In this document: positions 62,848 to 64,000 of the stretch, piece after piece
Position numbering within the stretch: position 1 is the stretch's first letter
Layout of the letters: every line of letters begins with the position of its first letter
The notes under the pieces: generated by a model
What the model was told of the DNA's origin: nothing
Database searches by the model: none
Seen by the model: only the letters and a program-made list of their open reading frames with translations
Program-made: the position numbers and the translations under genes
NCBI GenBank assembly: GCA_951406725.2
Contig: OX597815.1
Coordinates: 32,860,001 to 32,924,000 of the forward strand
Source of the DNA: Octopus vulgaris
Lineage: Eukaryota
Reading direction: 5' to 3'
Length of the DNA stretch: 64,000 bases

Positions 62848-64000
62848 CAGGTAGCTGAATGTAACTTTCTAGGAAGTTGATTGCCCATGTAAAGGTCTCC
62901 TTCCTCTTAGCCAAACATGTTTTTGCTTAATGTTGGAAACGAATGACATTCATTTGCAACACAACAACCACACACCTAGTATCAAGGCAAGGAGACACAA
63001 ACAATCACACTTGCATTCACACACCCATACACTCACACACGATGTGCTTCTTTAAGTTTCTACTTACCAAATCCAGCCCAAGTCTATAGTGAAAGTCACT
63101 TGACTAAATTGTCATGCACTGGGACTGAACCTGAAACCATTTGGTGGAGAAGCAAAGTTCTTACCACACAGCCATGTCTGTATCTATATTTTATGGTTGG
63201 CAATTAGATCCTCCAGCTATGAATACTCCAGTCATTTTTTTAGTCAGGAGGGAAAGTATTGCCTATAGCCTTTTATAGGGTTTCTGAGACTGATGTGAAT
63301 AATAGGGAGAAGAGTGTCCTCAAACTGGAAACTTAATTTAAATGTTTACAATAGATAAACTCTGCTAAAAGCATCTAGTATGTCAAGTGTATGTGGTGGG
63401 ATTTGAACTCATGAAGTAAGGAGTTGTAAGAAATACCACAAGGTGTCTGATACAACTGTTTTTCTAATTCACTCCTTTGGATTGATCTTGAAAGGATGAA
63501 AGGCTAAGTTGAAGACAGCAAGATTTGTCTACCTGACAATGTACTTTTGTGTGATATCTTCCTCTGTCCCAGAAATAACCTCACCTGCTATTCAACTAAA
63601 ATTTTAGCTTCCATATTTTTATTTAGATCAAGAATTTTTATCTTAAATTATTCAGTGTGCTTGGCAACACTGGATTTTAGCCCCCAAGGTAATCACCTAC
63701 TTTCTCTAGTGTGTAGTACCAGCCTTGACACCAACACTTGAGTAGTGCTTACTTTAGTAACATCAGATTCACAAAATCCAAATTAAAGCTATAAAGATTT
63801 GAACATACAATGTAAACAAAATATAACTAAATACTGTTAGGAAAATACATCTTCTCAAAATAGTCACAACAACAGTGTTACATTGGTGAGTTTTAGGATT
63901 AGCATATATCCATCTTCCTATCCAATAAATCTTGTTAACTCAGGATTTATGTACCCTATATGCTGAGGCTTATTCTGTAAGTAAAAACATTTTTTCTGCC

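Overview
AT-rich, intron-rich eukaryotic DNA. The SINE and RTE-LINE repeat content strongly suggests an octopus (cephalopod) genome; this is inference, not a database match. The window holds the 3' part of one spliced + strand gene, an actin-binding LIM protein (ABLIM/UNC-115/dematin family). I assembled 13 GT-AG coding exons by hand (1567-54005, 1347 nt = 448 aa plus stop, all phases consistent), including an 18-nt microexon, the AbLIM-anchor-like region and a C-terminal villin headpiece. The LIM domains are presumably upstream of the window. Almost all ORFs in the supplied track are spurious. Introns contain tRNA-derived SINEs, decayed RTE and other LINEs, hAT (Buster/Charlie) and piggyBac-like elements, foldbacks and microsatellites. 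The most notable signal is two unrelated rearranged or inverted-repeat elements in the 25-kb intron (4927-6125 and 20912-21679). Each carries type I hammerhead ribozyme motifs with a minimal stem III and a long stem II or loop II, typical of Penelope-like retroelement termini. The copies antisense to the host gene keep all helices, while the sense copies are damaged. Exon and ribozyme coordinates were counted by hand; repeat boundaries are approximate.
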